A stretch of DNA of 63,781 nucleotides, filler included, from Dirinaria sp. TL-2023a (taxonomy: Eukaryota), in assembly GCA_051941275.1 (NCBI GenBank). It is 10 parts of 10 records of this genome, joined end to end, with 100 filler letters (N's around TTAATTAATTAA, not from the genome) between each part and the next. Parts side by side here need not be neighbours in the genome. Positions count along the whole stretch, not along the records: positions 1 to 6,304 come from JAVEBF010001499.1; positions 6,405 to 12,703 come from JAVEBF010001500.1; positions 12,804 to 19,099 come from JAVEBF010001501.1; 7 more parts are not named here. One strand, 5' to 3'. This document shows positions 1 through 13,071 of the stretch, piece after piece. Position 1 is the first letter of the stretch; every line of letters starts with the position of its first letter. The position numbers were made by a program, and so were the translations under genes. Below the pieces are notes generated by a model that was given only the letters and a program-made list of their open reading frames with translations, searched no databases and had not been told where the DNA came from.

Positions 1-3000
1 CTTAAGGGAAATGAGATCAATATCTCCGTCGCTACACTCCTCTTCCTGGGATTCGACGGAAGACAAAATCTAGTGTGGGATTGCCGGTTGCTTCACCTCG
101 ATTTAGACGGGTATTCGTTTAAGTTATGAAACCTTAAGAGAAAGCAGCCATTGAATCATCAGACAACTTCCTGGCAGTCACCAGCACCAAAGCACTTCGT
201 TATCTGTCGTGGTGAACTTAAACCGAATCTCAATAATATTTACTTCGAAGCACGAAATCCAGGTCTAAAGCATCTCAAGTTGACGTCTACTGAGTTAAAA
301 AGTCAGCTGTCAAGGACACTCTAATGATTACTCTGCAACGTTCAACATAATGCGAGATCGCCACAACCCCGAAGATGACAATTCTGAAATCTTATTCGTA
401 TCGCGGGTGTAATGGCTCACACAGATCAGACTTTGTATCTCTTGCGTTCATTTCGGCAAATCGTGCTTGTGTGGCCGCTTATTCAATTTCGAGTTCAATC
501 TCAACAACATGGGCGCTGAGATTTTGGTGCTCTTAAAGAAGACCGCTCAGATCAATAACTTATACAAATATCTTCGCTAATGCCTTCGAGCTCATCATGA
601 TCGTGATGAGATACTCCGAGTTCCTCTATATACAGACTCCCTTCTTTTACAAAGTTCTTTCTCTTTCTTCGTCTGAGGCCTATCCCATTCCGTCCTTTTT
701 ACACGCGGTCTAGGATTTGAATCCGATGCTCTAGCTTCCCATAAAACCTCACTTTCAAAATGGAGCAAGCTCTAGGATGGCAGGGGAAGGTTTCCCTTAT
801 AGTATCTCGTCTTCGCTTCTCTCTGGTTTCTCTGCCGACCGCGCAACTACTGTATATGCGTCGAGGGACGCGCGCAACCGGGTCAAACGGGGACTTTCTC
901 AGGAGTGCCCCCATGGAGAGGTCAGCAACGGCCCTTACATGCACGAAGAAGACTAACTCCTTGGAAGGACCGAAGAAGGATCAATGCACTTTGCAGAATC
1001 GAAATGTAAGTCTTATCCAGCATTAATCGAGCCTCTACTGGGCCCGCTATAGAGGAGACGAAGACCGATGCCGCGTCCTTCGGTCGATATTAAACTACTT
1101 TTGAGAGTAGTTCGCAATCCTCTATCTCTTAAGAAAACAGCAGCTATCGATCTTCCTATTTTCACTGCAAGCCCCTGGAATAAATAAAAACTTAAGCTTA
1201 TTCACAACTTTCATAATCAATCGTGCCAAGTTGAGAGGGGATAACGCGTGCTTGAATTAGATCTATAGATAGTGTGCATAGCTTCGAAACCTCTGCTTTC
1301 TTTTCCTCTTCTTTCAACTGCCGATGTCGAGTCATTATGAGCTTTTTGATGAAATCTTCTATTCTCTGCGAGTTGAGTCGCGAGAAGGTCAAACATACTG
1401 GCAATAGCAGAAAAGAATTTCTACAAAAAACACGTGAACTGGATATGCAAGCAGCGGCCTTGAAAATGAGAGCCATGAGACTTAAAATCATGATGAGACA
1501 GGATATTCTGACTATGATCGAAACAGAAGGCAGTTCATGCACTGAAGTCTTGATCAGTATAGCTGAAGAGCGGGATACTTCTAAATCAGCGCTTTTGCAG
1601 GATAGCGAAGGGCATCGTCTGAGCTGGGAAACGAACAGCATTTATTGAATACCTACAGATTCTTCTGCTCGTCAAGCTGTTGAATACGGAGGCTGCCACA
1701 CATCTTCAAAGATAATCAAAAAGAGGTTCTGGCGATGGAATCCGCCTCGAACTATAGTATTAAAAGATCTTAGTTGGATTATTGCGACGTGACTACTAGG
1801 AGAAGTATATGCCCTATCCATCGGCCATTTGCTGATTATCTCGACTCGAAGGAACAGCCCAACGACATGGTCGGTTCTTAGCAAAATTGGTATCCCTGCT
1901 CCTGACTTCGCATTTTGGGTTGTCTCCAGACTTCAATCGTGATTAAGAGCTCAGATTCATAACTACCAGCGCAGAAAGTCACCGCTTCTCGCTTTTGACC
2001 AACAAAAAAGTACAAACGATACGAATGTATTGCATTAAACAAGAGCATGATGAGATGTCGAATGAGAACTGCTGGTGTCCCACTCGGACCATCTAATACT
2101 ATGCACTCATCAATCCCAATGAGGTTTGATGGAATTACAAAAGACGCTGTGCTAAGAAGGCAAGGACTTGAATAGGAGACCAAGTCTACGTCCGTCCGAG
2201 CTCACAACTTTCTTCTCATAGCAGCCATAGAGGAGCTCTCGTGCTACATCAGAAGCCTCGAGCAGACCGCTAGCTAGCTATCAGCGGATGAAGTGCGGAT
2301 TTTAAGAGAGGGTAACCGCTCCAGCTGCTAGGATCTCGATTTTCAGGAATCCCTCAGAGGATCGCCTTGGTTCCTTGGTCAATCATATGACCCTCGCATA
2401 AGTATATCTTTCAGGCATCTTCCGACTCCCATCCATCCTTAAAGCAGCTATCGTAGCGTTGACACCGTTTCTTGTTTTTTGCAAGTCAGAACTCGGCATC
2501 AACAATTCAAATATTGCCGAGAGATATCAGTCTAAAACAGAAGAATCTTTGGTTGGCGGGTCGTGTTGACGATGTTGATCGCCGTGCCAGTGAGAGGGTC
2601 TGGGATGAGATGGTGACGCTACAAGAGACAGGTTGAGTTCTGTGATCGAAAGAAATTTGGTTCTAAAGGAGTTACAGTCTGCTTGAAATCAGCATTGTAC
2701 TTGGAGACCTGTGCCTTTGAGAATGGAATCATCTCTCGATGTTCCAAGATGTAACGCGCTGACCACGGACTCACGATTTTGTCACAGCATCAAAACAGTC
2801 TTCTTTTTTTGTACTCGCCGACACTGAAGAGCTAACAGGCAACGATCTTGTTCTTTCGAGGCTCTTCCACCGTCCGAGCTAAAACCTAAATGACAGAAAA
2901 TCATGCCGCTTATGACTACTACACACCGATTTCTAAATTTTATGATGATCATAGCTATGACATAAAAGCTATGAAAGAGAAACCAATGATCACTCTCTTA

Positions 3001-6000
3001 TTAATCATCTTCTTACATGTTTTATTGCGAAGTTGTGGCAAAATACACAACGATCCAACGACAAATGCTCAATTTCCTTCGTCGAAATCTTCTCAAGATC
3101 TCGAATTCAATTTCGATGAGCGACAGATGACTTTATGTTCTTGAAGTGTCTAAATGATATCAATAATCCGAATTGACGATCGATCGAGAAAACTTTATCT
3201 AAGCGATTGAGTTAGTCGAGCCATCTCCACGAGCTCAAAGATAAGAGTATCATCTGTCAGGACGAAGTAAAGTCTACTTCAAATAAGTCAAAAAATTAGA
3301 TGGAGAGGTTCTTAAGACCATTGAAATCGTTCTTTTTACAATTGCATAATGTCAGACTCGCATTTGAACTCAGAGAAAATTTATCTGAAATCAAGCTTCA
3401 ATCCTCTAGCGCTGGAGAATTGAACATGCTCTGATCTACTGAGTCTAAGAAGCTAGTACCGGTCATATATCATCAATGGAGAACTCTAGACGAGCACCTC
3501 GAAAGGTGTGGTTATCGAATGATTTGTGAACTTACTCAGAGATAGAAATCCATGAAACTGGAAGCTGAGAAGATGAATAAGAGCTGCCCTCGTTTGAAGC
3601 TTTCAAGGAAGCGTAAGTCAACGCAAAATAGCACAATGTATTGCTCTCATTGAACGACAGTCTTAAAATTGACAAATTCACGAAAGTTCTTTTCATCTTA
3701 GTGTTGAATTCGTTCCATTTCCTTTCATTTCCAACCAGGGATCATATTAAAGGTAACCGAATTTCGACTGAAAAAGATGAACGCTCTTTATCGTTAATGA
3801 CGAGTGACACATCTCGAGCGCGGTCCTGGGGGCGCACACAACGCCTTGCAGGGCAGTCGTATTGACTCACAGTGACAAAAAAGACGAAGACAGCGATGAC
3901 AGCTGTTTAAACAGCGACGTCTGAGGTTTAACTACGGATAAAAAAAGTGCAATTTGACAAAACATGATACAGCCATCGCTGTTCAACACAGACAGACTTC
4001 TAAATCCGTCTAATACGATTTTGTCGAGTTCGTAATGCCGAAAATCGAACCGCGAGCTTTTCAATCCTTCAAAATGACTTCTCGCGTCCAGCTCGCCATT
4101 TTCATCAGAAACGTCGATCTGTATCTATTCAAAGAGTCTTCATCCTCTTTTGCGTGTCGTACTATATCTACTGAACTCAGTGCACAGTCGTCATGTTTCT
4201 TCGTCAATCTTTGATTCCTTAATCGCTGACTTATGTATGATATTTCGAGAGAAAGATCTCAGTCTTTTACTTCGTGGAAAAGAAGAGGAGTTTCCTTCAG
4301 TTTCATCGACCTCATCGACCTCATCAACTATCTGAATCGATTGCCCGTCAACCCAGCAATAACGCTGCTCGTGTTGGATAGGGATGGACTTGACGTAAAC
4401 TCGGACTACATCTATGGCTTTCTGTTTTTTCCTCCACTCATCGACCTCATCGATTATCTGAATCGATTTCCCACCAACCCAGCAATAAAACTACTTATGT
4501 TAGGTTTGGATGAACTTGGCGTAAACTCGGACTACCTCTATCGCTTTTACTTTTATCTACGGTTGATATGACCAAGAAGACACTGTCTGCTCTCGAAGGA
4601 TAAGCAGCTGAAATTAAATTCTAATCTGATTCCGTCCACTTCCTCACTTCTCCTCACTTTCATCTGCCTTTCTCCCCAACCTAAGAGCAAACAAAAATGC
4701 CGTCACAGATCACAATACTACTGATAGTAAACTAATTGCGCCAATTGAGACCTTGACGATGGCGGTCAGAACATCTGTACTTGGGCACGAAACACAATGG
4801 AGCTACTGCGTTCTCTGCAGTCGTACAGAGATAGATCCTAGTAGATTCTGACTCTGGCTAAATTAATCGATAAAGCATGTGTACAGAATCGATATCGCTG
4901 ACTTTTATGAGCATAAATCATCAAATTTCAATCCAATGTGCACGCTTATTGGAGCTGGTCGAATATACTATAATACACTCGTTCCTCAAATTTTAACTTC
5001 AACGCACTGAGTCACTATCATTGAGACATAAAAAACAACAACAACGATCTATCTTTTTTTAGACCACGCTGAATCTCGAGAAATCGGCAGATCTCTCAGA
5101 ATCAGCGAAACTGAACTTTGATCTCATCACTCTCAATCAGAGTTTGAGTCATAAAGCTCGTATCAGTCTCGAATCTGCAAAATCGATCCTCGAAGCTAGA
5201 AATACAATTTACTGAGGATCACGAAAAGACTATTTATGAAGACTTTAGCGAAAGAATTGGGCGCCAGACATACAGCTCAGTCCTAGTGTCTAACAGACAA
5301 ACTTAAATGGACCAGAAAGAAAAGCTCATGCAATTCAAAATTGACGAAACAGATATTACTGAGCTTACTAAGTGAAGTCTTACAACTGGACACACAGATG
5401 AAGACGCTCGATAAGCAGAATGCGAACTCGAAAGAGGGCGACAAAGACTTCAGAACTTTCAAAACACCTAGACGAGAGATCCACGCTACATTGATTAGCG
5501 ATACTGTGAATTTAAGAGCAAATCTGTAGCTCCAGCATGGAGCTGGTTACGATTGAAATAACTCGATGAATTTAACACAAAGAATTTCCAAGCCTCATGG
5601 ATTCTCACTGAGAAACCTGACAATCAAAGAAATCATTTTCAAGCTCGAAGACAGACAACGCTTCTCAAATACGATTATCTATCTCTGAACCGCTGCTTCA
5701 GCCAATACTAAGCCTAGCAAGAAAGGAAAGACCCAATCAGAAGAAAACATCACCCTAGACTTTGAACCAGAAGGAGACCCCAATCAAACCTATTGCACCC
5801 CACACCTCCAACAAAAGAAGATGAATTACATCTGTTACCCCACATCATTATCACAAGAGACGGGCTCGCTTTCTCCATCACCCTGAGACACGACGACAAC
5901 AAGTTCCAGAAATCCTTCTGATATATCGTTAGCAAGAAACTTGGTCAGATAACCACATTCGATGGGACTGTCTTGCTTCGCTGAAGAAGCTCCCTCTCGA

Positions 6001-6304
6001 CCTCAAGCAGACCTTCTTTCCCCAGCTTTTGGACAATATCTACTAACTACAGTACAGACAATTCCAAGAGAAAGGGCTGCAGAAAAAGAAACTCAAGTCG
6101 CGATTCGATCGATGAGTTCGAGTATAAGATGATGAAGAAATTTAAACTGCAGTATGACAAGAGAAAAATGTTCGACTCGATCAAAAAAATGTATGATATA
6201 GTTTTTCAAAAATTGACAACATGTTTGAAAAAATTCATCGATGCTGCGTCTCATGATAACAAAAATATCGATCGTCGCAATTTTCGTCGTATTTTCAGCA
6301 CGAT
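1..6304. other. Degenerate, hypermutated contig (relic coding or repeat DNA; no intact gene recognised)
   Basis: Only short, stop-interrupted ORFs. GA/TC-rich and CC/GG-poor, with no CC or GG in 6077-6304. Contains an internal 126-bp duplication. No family recognised. Confidence 0.55.
4311..4560. repeat. Imperfect 126-bp tandem duplication (2 copies)
   Basis: CTCATCGACCTCATCAACTATCTGAATCGATT...CGTAAACTCGGACTAC starting at 4311 recurs as CTCATCGACCTCATCGATTATCTGAATCGATT...CGTAAACTCGGACTAC starting at 4437. Confidence 0.9.
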
Positions 6305-6404
6305 NNNNNNNNNNNNNNNNNNNNNNNNNNNNNNNNNNNNNNNNNNNNTTAATTAATTAANNNNNNNNNNNNNNNNNNNNNNNNNNNNNNNNNNNNNNNN
6401 NNNN
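6305..6404. other. Artificial contig linker (N44-TTAATTAATTAA-N44); identical linkers at 12704-12803, 19100-19199, 25492-25591, 31883-31982, 38272-38371, 44654-44753, 51032-51131, 57409-57508
   Basis: Identical 100-nt spacers carrying stops in all six frames. Contig lengths fall monotonically: 6304, 6299, 6296, 6292, 6291, 6289, 6282, 6278, 6277, 6273. Confidence 0.98.
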
Positions 6405-6664
6405 AGCTAGTACTCTACGGAACGGATAGAGTTGGCGCGCGGGAGGGGGGCTAAGGTAAGGTAGGCGATTGTAGTGCCGCTACTGGACGGGAGCGGGGCA
6501 GGGGTCAATAATGTTAGGTCCGAGGTCCGAGGTCAGTGAAGGTCACCCTAATTTGAAGTGACATGGGGTTATTTCCAGCAAGCTGTAGCTACCTTATGTA
6601 GTTGTAAGAGAATTTGGTCATATCATATGTATATTCTGCAGATCTGCCATGCTCCCACCGTGCA

Positions 6665-9348
6665 CTATCTCCGTTTCCTTACCCGGAATTTCAGCTCGTC
6701 TTCGCTATCGCTCTCCTCATTCTCCTCTACCAATGTTTTTTGTTTCTTGTTCGGTGGCTCTCGTGCCCTTCCTGGAGCTGGTCGTTTGGCATTAACACTC
6801 TGAAAGCCAGCAGCACTCTCCTCGGCCTCCTGCGCCGCCTCCTGCGCCGCCTCCATGTGCCTTGTGGTTCGTGGCGCATCAACGTCAATAGTCTCGTGTT
6901 CCGCGCCGTTAGTCGCCAATTCGGCTGGTACGTCCATTGTCTGCTGGCTTCTTGCGCTCGAATAAGCCTGGCTTTGCGATTGAGTTTTTCCATCTTTGTC
7001 CCTTCGGCTTTTCTTGCTAGGGTTGCTATCGAGCCAATATTCCTCACCAATCCCAAAATCCTTCTTCTTCACCTCCTCAAGCGGCACCATGACCCTGTGT
7101 CTGTGACCTCGGAGAGCATTGTCAGTTTCCCCTTGCCGTCGGAATTTCTTGAAGTTCCTTCGCCCATTCCAGCGCGGATCCCATCTGGCCCCATCTTCTC
7201 CATTCACTTCGCGGCGTAGAGGCCGGTCGGAACGGTCTGGAAGTGCCATTTCTTCGACGATGGCAAGACTTTTCATCTCTTCAACACTCATGCCCTGTAA
7301 GACCTCGCGCAGGTTCTCTTCGTCTTGGCGTGCTGCTTCTTCTTCAGCTTCCCGCCGTTCACGGACAACGTCTTTGATGTTGATTTCCTTTTTGGGCTTT
7401 TTGGGCTTTGGTAGTTCGGTTTTGGGTTGGGCCTCCAGGAAGGAGGTTGAGACGGGCCTACCCGACCGCCGAGCTTCTTCGGCTTGTTCCAGTCGGCGAC
7501 GCTTGATTGCTGTGGTAGCTGGGAGGATACTGTCGATCATTTGTTGCTCGCCTTCTTCGTCAGATGGCGGCGCGGACCGCTTTCGGGAGTCTTTCTTTTG
7601 AATATTGCCAACGGCAGGGTCAGGCTCTTCGACATCCATCTGTGAGTCGTCATCGATATCCCGTACCTAGATCACACTTAGCTATGGATTTTAAACTGTA
7701 ATTAATCAACACTAACGGCATCTCGCTGTGATCTGATTGAATTGGACACATTTGCTTTGTAAGACTCGCTCGAGGAATTTCGTGATGGTTCAGGGAGGAT
7801 AGTGTCATCTTCATCATCGGCGTCAAAGCCTTTGAAGCGGCGCTGCACAGGTCCTCGGCTTCGACATGGCTTCGAAGGCTGAGAAATATCGGCTTTCAAA
7901 GTACCCTGGGCTGATTGCATCTCCACTGATTGACCGTTCGCAGGATTCATAGAGGCTGGTGAACTTGGTTAGCAAGCAGGAGGTTTAGTTACCGCGGTCA
8001 GTCTAACCTTGCTCGTCCTCGACTTGTAATGGTTTTCTCAGGATTTTGGCATCATTCGTTAAGATTGCATCCATGAACTCGCTCTGCTCAATCAACCGCT
8101 GACCGAGTGCCAATGCCACCTGATTTCCCAGATCCAGCGCCCATTGCTGATGTTGATCGCTGCCGCCCCTGAAGCGGACTACGACGACGCCCTTGCCTGT
8201 GCTGTCATCTTCGAGCTCTCCTAAGCCTTTCTCTCCCGCATGCTCTTTGACAAAGCGTACAATCTCGCCAGTGGTAGTTCTGCCCAGTTGTAAAGGGAAT
8301 TTGAAGGCTTTGCCGCCTCCATTCGTAATCGGCGGCAGTAGCGTCTCGAATTGTACTTGGTCACAAAATATGAAGCTGTAGCCATCGAATATAGCTTGTC
8401 GAGCTGGATTGGGAGCGAAGAACTCAGCCGGACGCTCATTTGGTTCCTTACTTTTTGCAGGCAAGAAATTGAGCGCATTCGGCCAGTGTTTGTCGTAGTC
8501 TTCTTCAAGCAACGACATGCTTTCGTCTTCGTTTAGATTTGTCGGTGTGGTTGCTTCGATTAAAGCATCAGTAAAACTATTTGTTACAACATATTTGGCG
8601 TTGATGAGTGCTTGCAGCCCCTTGGCAGTGTTACGTTTGTTTTGAACGACATGTGTTGTAGTTCCGGGCAAGTACGGTAAGATAGTCTTGATGTCGAGTT
8701 GTTCAAGCTGCTTTCTTATGTCTGCTAATGGGTCTCTCCCACCTTTGGTCTCTTTTGAGCTGAAGGAAAACGTAAGGACTACAGGCTGCCATTTGACCCT
8801 GCATCAATACGATTAGCGGCGTATTTCAGGAATCATGGCAGTTACAGACCGGAAGTAGTGCTCGATCCTGCCCAATCTGAATGTATGTTCACTGCCATTC
8901 AAGATTTTTTCCGTTCCAGCTTCGACTTTCATGCCATCAATCTCGGTCCCCAATTTCGTATTTTCATCCTTGATAGTTATTTCTGATCGAGTGTGTACTT
9001 GTGACTGGGATATTCAGCTTAAGTTCGAGAATCTATCATTGAGAGTAATGCTGACTCCACTGTCGGGCTTCACGGTGGAAACCACCAAGGTAACGTGCTT
9101 GCGGGACACGCTCTTCCAATGGCTCATCCAGTCGTCTGGAACAGATTAGCATATAGTTTCCCTCCGGCATGGTAAGTATTGCCAACCTTTCTTCCACGGA
9201 TTGGTATCGCTGGTCCTGCCCAGCAGGTATCGCTTGCCAGGTCGAAGCCATATTCGTTGGTCTTGGTGATTTTTTCAACTCTGTCACCAAAGGGTCTTGC
9301 AAGCAACTTACTGTCTAAGGCTGGATCATCACACTCCAAGGTCCACAT
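6665..9348 (-). CDS. NBS1: Nibrin/Nbs1 (MRN complex subunit; FHA + tandem BRCT, Mre11- and Tel1/ATM-binding C-terminus), multi-exon
   Basis: Spliced N-terminus MWTLECDDP...RIWLRPGKRYLLGRT (FHA). BRCT segment TTHVVQNKRNTAKGLQALINAKYVV and FAPNPARQAIFDGYSFIF. WNGRRNFKKFRR is the Mre11-binding motif. C-terminal acidic DSEDELKFR motif. GT-AG introns. Confidence 0.93.
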
Positions 9349-9433
9349 CGCAGCAGCAAGCTTGGTATCTATGCGATCGCCGATGACTACTATGAGCTTT
9401 GATTGAAGAGGTTAAGCGTTGGAATGCCACTCT

Positions 9434-9462
9434 ACGCGAGAGACGCGCGCTCAGGTGACGCG
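9434..9462. promoter_or_regulatory. Cluster of three ACGCG (MCB-like) cores in the NBS1/RPEL bidirectional promoter
   Basis: ACGCG at 9434, 9443 and 9458 within the 240-bp divergent intergenic region. Confidence 0.5.
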
Positions 9463-9588
9463 CTAGGCCCCACCTCTGTCAATCCCGAGACCCTTTTATC
9501 ATACCACGGGGACTGCAGCACATGTACTTGTACTCAGCCTATTGTACATGTGCCTTTTCGAACATCATCTTTGAAACAACAAGTCAGC

Positions 9589-10128
9589 ATGGCAGAACAA
9601 ACAGAGAAGACCATTGACGAGACCCCTATCTCCCCAATTGAACGCCGTGATTCGCTGGAGAAGCACCTCCAGATGCGACCTGATGCCAAAGACTTGAAAG
9701 AGAGGCACATCTTACTTGACACCAATGCTGCACCGTGGGTTCTTTTCCTCTAGGTAGGAGACGATCGTACTAAATAGTGGTATAGAGCACTCCAATCCAC
9801 GCAACAAGAGCTCGAGCGGCAACGTGCTACAGATAGTCTGAAGAAAGGGCTGGAGAAAAGGCCAGAAAGGGATGAGCTAGTAGAACGTATGGATTTTGTG
9901 ATTTCCGTTGAAATCGAGGAAGAGCCTGTTGAACTAATCCTCGATCCTGCCTCTCCAGGTAATATCCTTCCAGACTCGACGGCTGCACCTTCGCTGCAAG
10001 GCCAGCAAAGGGAGCTTGAGCGTCACATGCGTTCGGACAGTCTCGAGCAGAAGCTACAGCAGCGCCCGAAACCCGAGGAACTGATCAGGGAGGGCATACT
10101 GGAAGCTGACGAGGATCCGACGAAATAG
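9589..10128 (+). CDS. Small RPEL-repeat protein (3 exons)
   Basis: Three repeats: LEKHLQMRPDAKDLKERHIL, LKKGLEKRPERDELVERNIL, LEQKLQQRPKPEELIREGIL. Introns at about 9735-9785 and 9887-9958. Confidence 0.88.
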
Positions 10129-10270
10129 ACAACAATTCAGCATGGTGGCTTATGGGTTGGCAAAGGAATCGCCACTCCTTGTACGTTAAAAAACAGAGTA
10201 GCTCTCGGCATGACCTTGGAGTCACAGCAAAACAGCTTTTGCAAATCAGTCCTCGCCGGACACATGAATT

Positions 10271-11196
10271 TTAGTAGCTTTCAACAGGCTCTGGCCTTGT
10301 CTCAGAAGCCATATCAGGCACCCAGCCCTTCGGCCGCTCTCGCCCACGAATGATCATTCCGTACACCGCACCCTCCACCTTCTCGACACAAGTCTTCATG
10401 GTCTCCATCTTCTTCTCGATATCTCTCTTCAGGGGTGAACCGTCCATATTCCCGCGACTTGTGTCTAGTGTTTCGAAACATGTCCGTAACGACCTCATGT
10501 CTGCCAGAATATCTCTTTCTGTATCCTCACCCTCCTTGGCCGAACCACGCGGCAGCTCTCCATTTGTAGCCATATTTGTAATAGCGAATCTCATGAGCTC
10601 TCCAACAAGATCGAAGAGTCCAAGCACGTAATCATCTTCCGTAAGCTGCACGCCTTCTGGAAGCTTGGTTTGCGCTTCCTGAAGCGTAATCAGACGCTGG
10701 GTTTCCAGATAGTGCTGAAAGGACAACGCTTCAATGAACTCCTGGATGCCTCCGGAGATCTGTCGCTGGTAGCGCCATGCATTGAGTCCTTGGATATCCG
10801 GGAGTATGGATGTGAAACGATCAAAAATCTCTTTGTAGCGAGGATCTATGTCTTTACGAACATTTGGCGGGAGGGGATGCTGGAGCTTGCGAACGCTGTC
10901 CGAAGTATCAGCATTCAACAAAGCTCCGCGGACGAACAAGCGAGAAGAGGACATACCGCTGCAGCGAGAAGATACTAGCAACGTATGAGCATCATACCTG
11001 CATAATTGCAGATGAAAGCTCACATCTTCTTGCTCTGGGCCGTGATATCCCTGGAGGCTTTGATGACGCGCTCGCGCCTATCGTGGTGCTCGTCGAGCTC
11101 ACTGCGGAAGCTTTCAAACAGGGGCATGAATGGGGAAACGACTTTCGAGGCTTCCATAGCGGTCTGGCTGTACGAGCGCTTGCTGCCCGCACTCAT
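10271..11196 (-). CDS. TSNAX: Translin-associated factor X (TRAX; C3PO nuclease subunit), multi-exon
   Basis: FESFRSELDEHHDRRERVIKASRDITAQSKKI; SGGIQEFIEALSFQHYLE; DDYVLGLFDLVGELMRFAI; KKMETMKTCVEKVE. Two short introns near 10890-11023. Confidence 0.92.
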
Positions 11197-11474
11197 GCTC
11201 AGGGGAAATCTATGAGGAAGAATAGTTCAGGTGTACGGAAGACTAAGGTATCAGACTGTAGACATGCAGAGAGCTTATCGATAACCAGCCCTACGAATCA
11301 TTTCCCAAACATTTCAACCTCCGCGCTCATGTGCGAACCGGAGGATTTCGTCCTCTACACAATATCGCCCGAGCTCTTGCAATTGCTCTTAGAGTCGGGG
11401 AACGGGATGCCATTCATCCCTTCTCTGTGGCCGTTTGCTGTCCACCACACTCACCCACCCTGCTTGCCAGAGCC

Positions 11475-12703
11475 ATGGCGCACTTCTTCACTGCGCGCCC
11501 TGTCCTCGTAACATCCACCCTCCTGCGCATCCTCTTCCTCCTCTACGGGCTCTACCAAGACGCGCACTCTCCCCTGCCCTACACGGACATCGACTACTGG
11601 GTCTTCACCTCCGCCGCCTCCTACGTATCTCAGAACCGCTCGCCCTACCAACGCGAAACATACCGCTACACCCCCTTGCTCGCCTGGCTGCTCGTGCCCA
11701 CAACGTGGGACCCGCAATGGCTCTGGTTTTCCTTTGGGAAGGTGCTGTTCGCCGTCTCGGATCTCGTGGCCGGATGCCTGATGGTGAAGATATTGATGGA
11801 GAAGGATGGGATGGTGCGGGAGACAGCGTGGAAATATGCGAGTCTGTGGTTACTCAATCCGATGGTCGTGACGATCAGTACGAGGGGCAGCAGTGAAGGG
11901 CTGCTAGGGGTGATGGTGGTTGGTGTCGTGTGGGCAGTGGTGAAGCGGCGGATTGGCCTCGCGGGTATGCTGCTGGGGTTGGCGGTGCATTTCAAGATCT
12001 ATCCGTTCATCTACGGGGCGTCGATATTATGGTGTTTAGAGACGCCTACGTCTCCAAGACCTGCTAAGAAGAAAAATCGGAGTGGTAATATCACCGATCT
12101 GCTCAATACAATCTCTCGAGCAGGCCTTACGTTCTTCAATGCGCAGCGCCTGACCCTCCTTTTCACCTCACTAGCAACCTTCACCTCCCTCAACCTCCTC
12201 ATGTACAGCATCTACGGCCAGCCCTTCCTGCAACACACCTACTTGCACCACCTAACCCGCATCGACCACCGGCACAATTTCTCCGCTTACAACGTCCTCC
12301 TCCATCTCTCTTCCGCTTCCGCTTCCTCTCCCTCCCCCAAACTACGTTCCGCAACAAGCGGCTATAGTTTCGAGTCCCTGGCATTCGTCCCGCAGCTGGC
12401 CCTCAGCGCCGTTATCATCCCACTCGTGCTCGCCAAAAGGGATCTGCCGAGCACGATGATGGCGCAGACGTGGGCGTTTGTCGCGCTGAATAAAGTTGTT
12501 ACCAGTCAGGTATGTTCCGCAAGTCCCTTGCTCCCCTCTAGATTAATCCCAGGGGGGAAAAAAAAGAAAGAGCTTTGAATACTAACAAAAAGAAAAATAA
12601 TATAGTATTTCCTCTGGTACCTCGTCCTCCTCCCCTTCTACCTGCCCTCCTCATCCCTCCTCGCAAACCCGAAACTCGGTCTCGCCGCCGCCGCGTTGTG
12701 GGT
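11475..12703 (+). CDS. GPI14: GPI mannosyltransferase I (PIG-M/Gpi14), 3'-truncated by the contig end
   Basis: YTDIDYWVF, SPYQRETYRYTPLLAW, WLLNPMVVTISTRGSSE, HFKIYPFIY, YLHHLTRIDHRHNFS, NKVVTSQ|YFLWYL. Intron 12510-12605. Confidence 0.95.
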
Positions 12704-13071
12704 NNNNNNNNNNNNNNNNNNNNNNNNNNNNNNNNNNNNNNNNNNNNTTAATTAATTAANNNNNNNNNNNNNNNNNNNNNNNNNNNNNNNNNNNNNNNNN
12801 NNNGATAAGAGAATTCGTAAGTCTAAGGCAGGGCAAATGATGTATCTATCCTGTCAACATCGTACCCCAATTTCGCAACTGGCCAACTAACTGACTGACT
12901 AGCACAAATGAGCGGGCCTAGAACATCCATATTGCTGATTCCGTTCTCAGCAAGGGTTTGGACCTTTCCTTCATGGATCAATAGGCATAGTTTTGCGAAA
13001 AAATGGTACTCGGCGAGATTGAATGAAGGAGGAGAAAGCCGCTTTGTAGAGTTTCCAGAAGAAGGCGCCAG

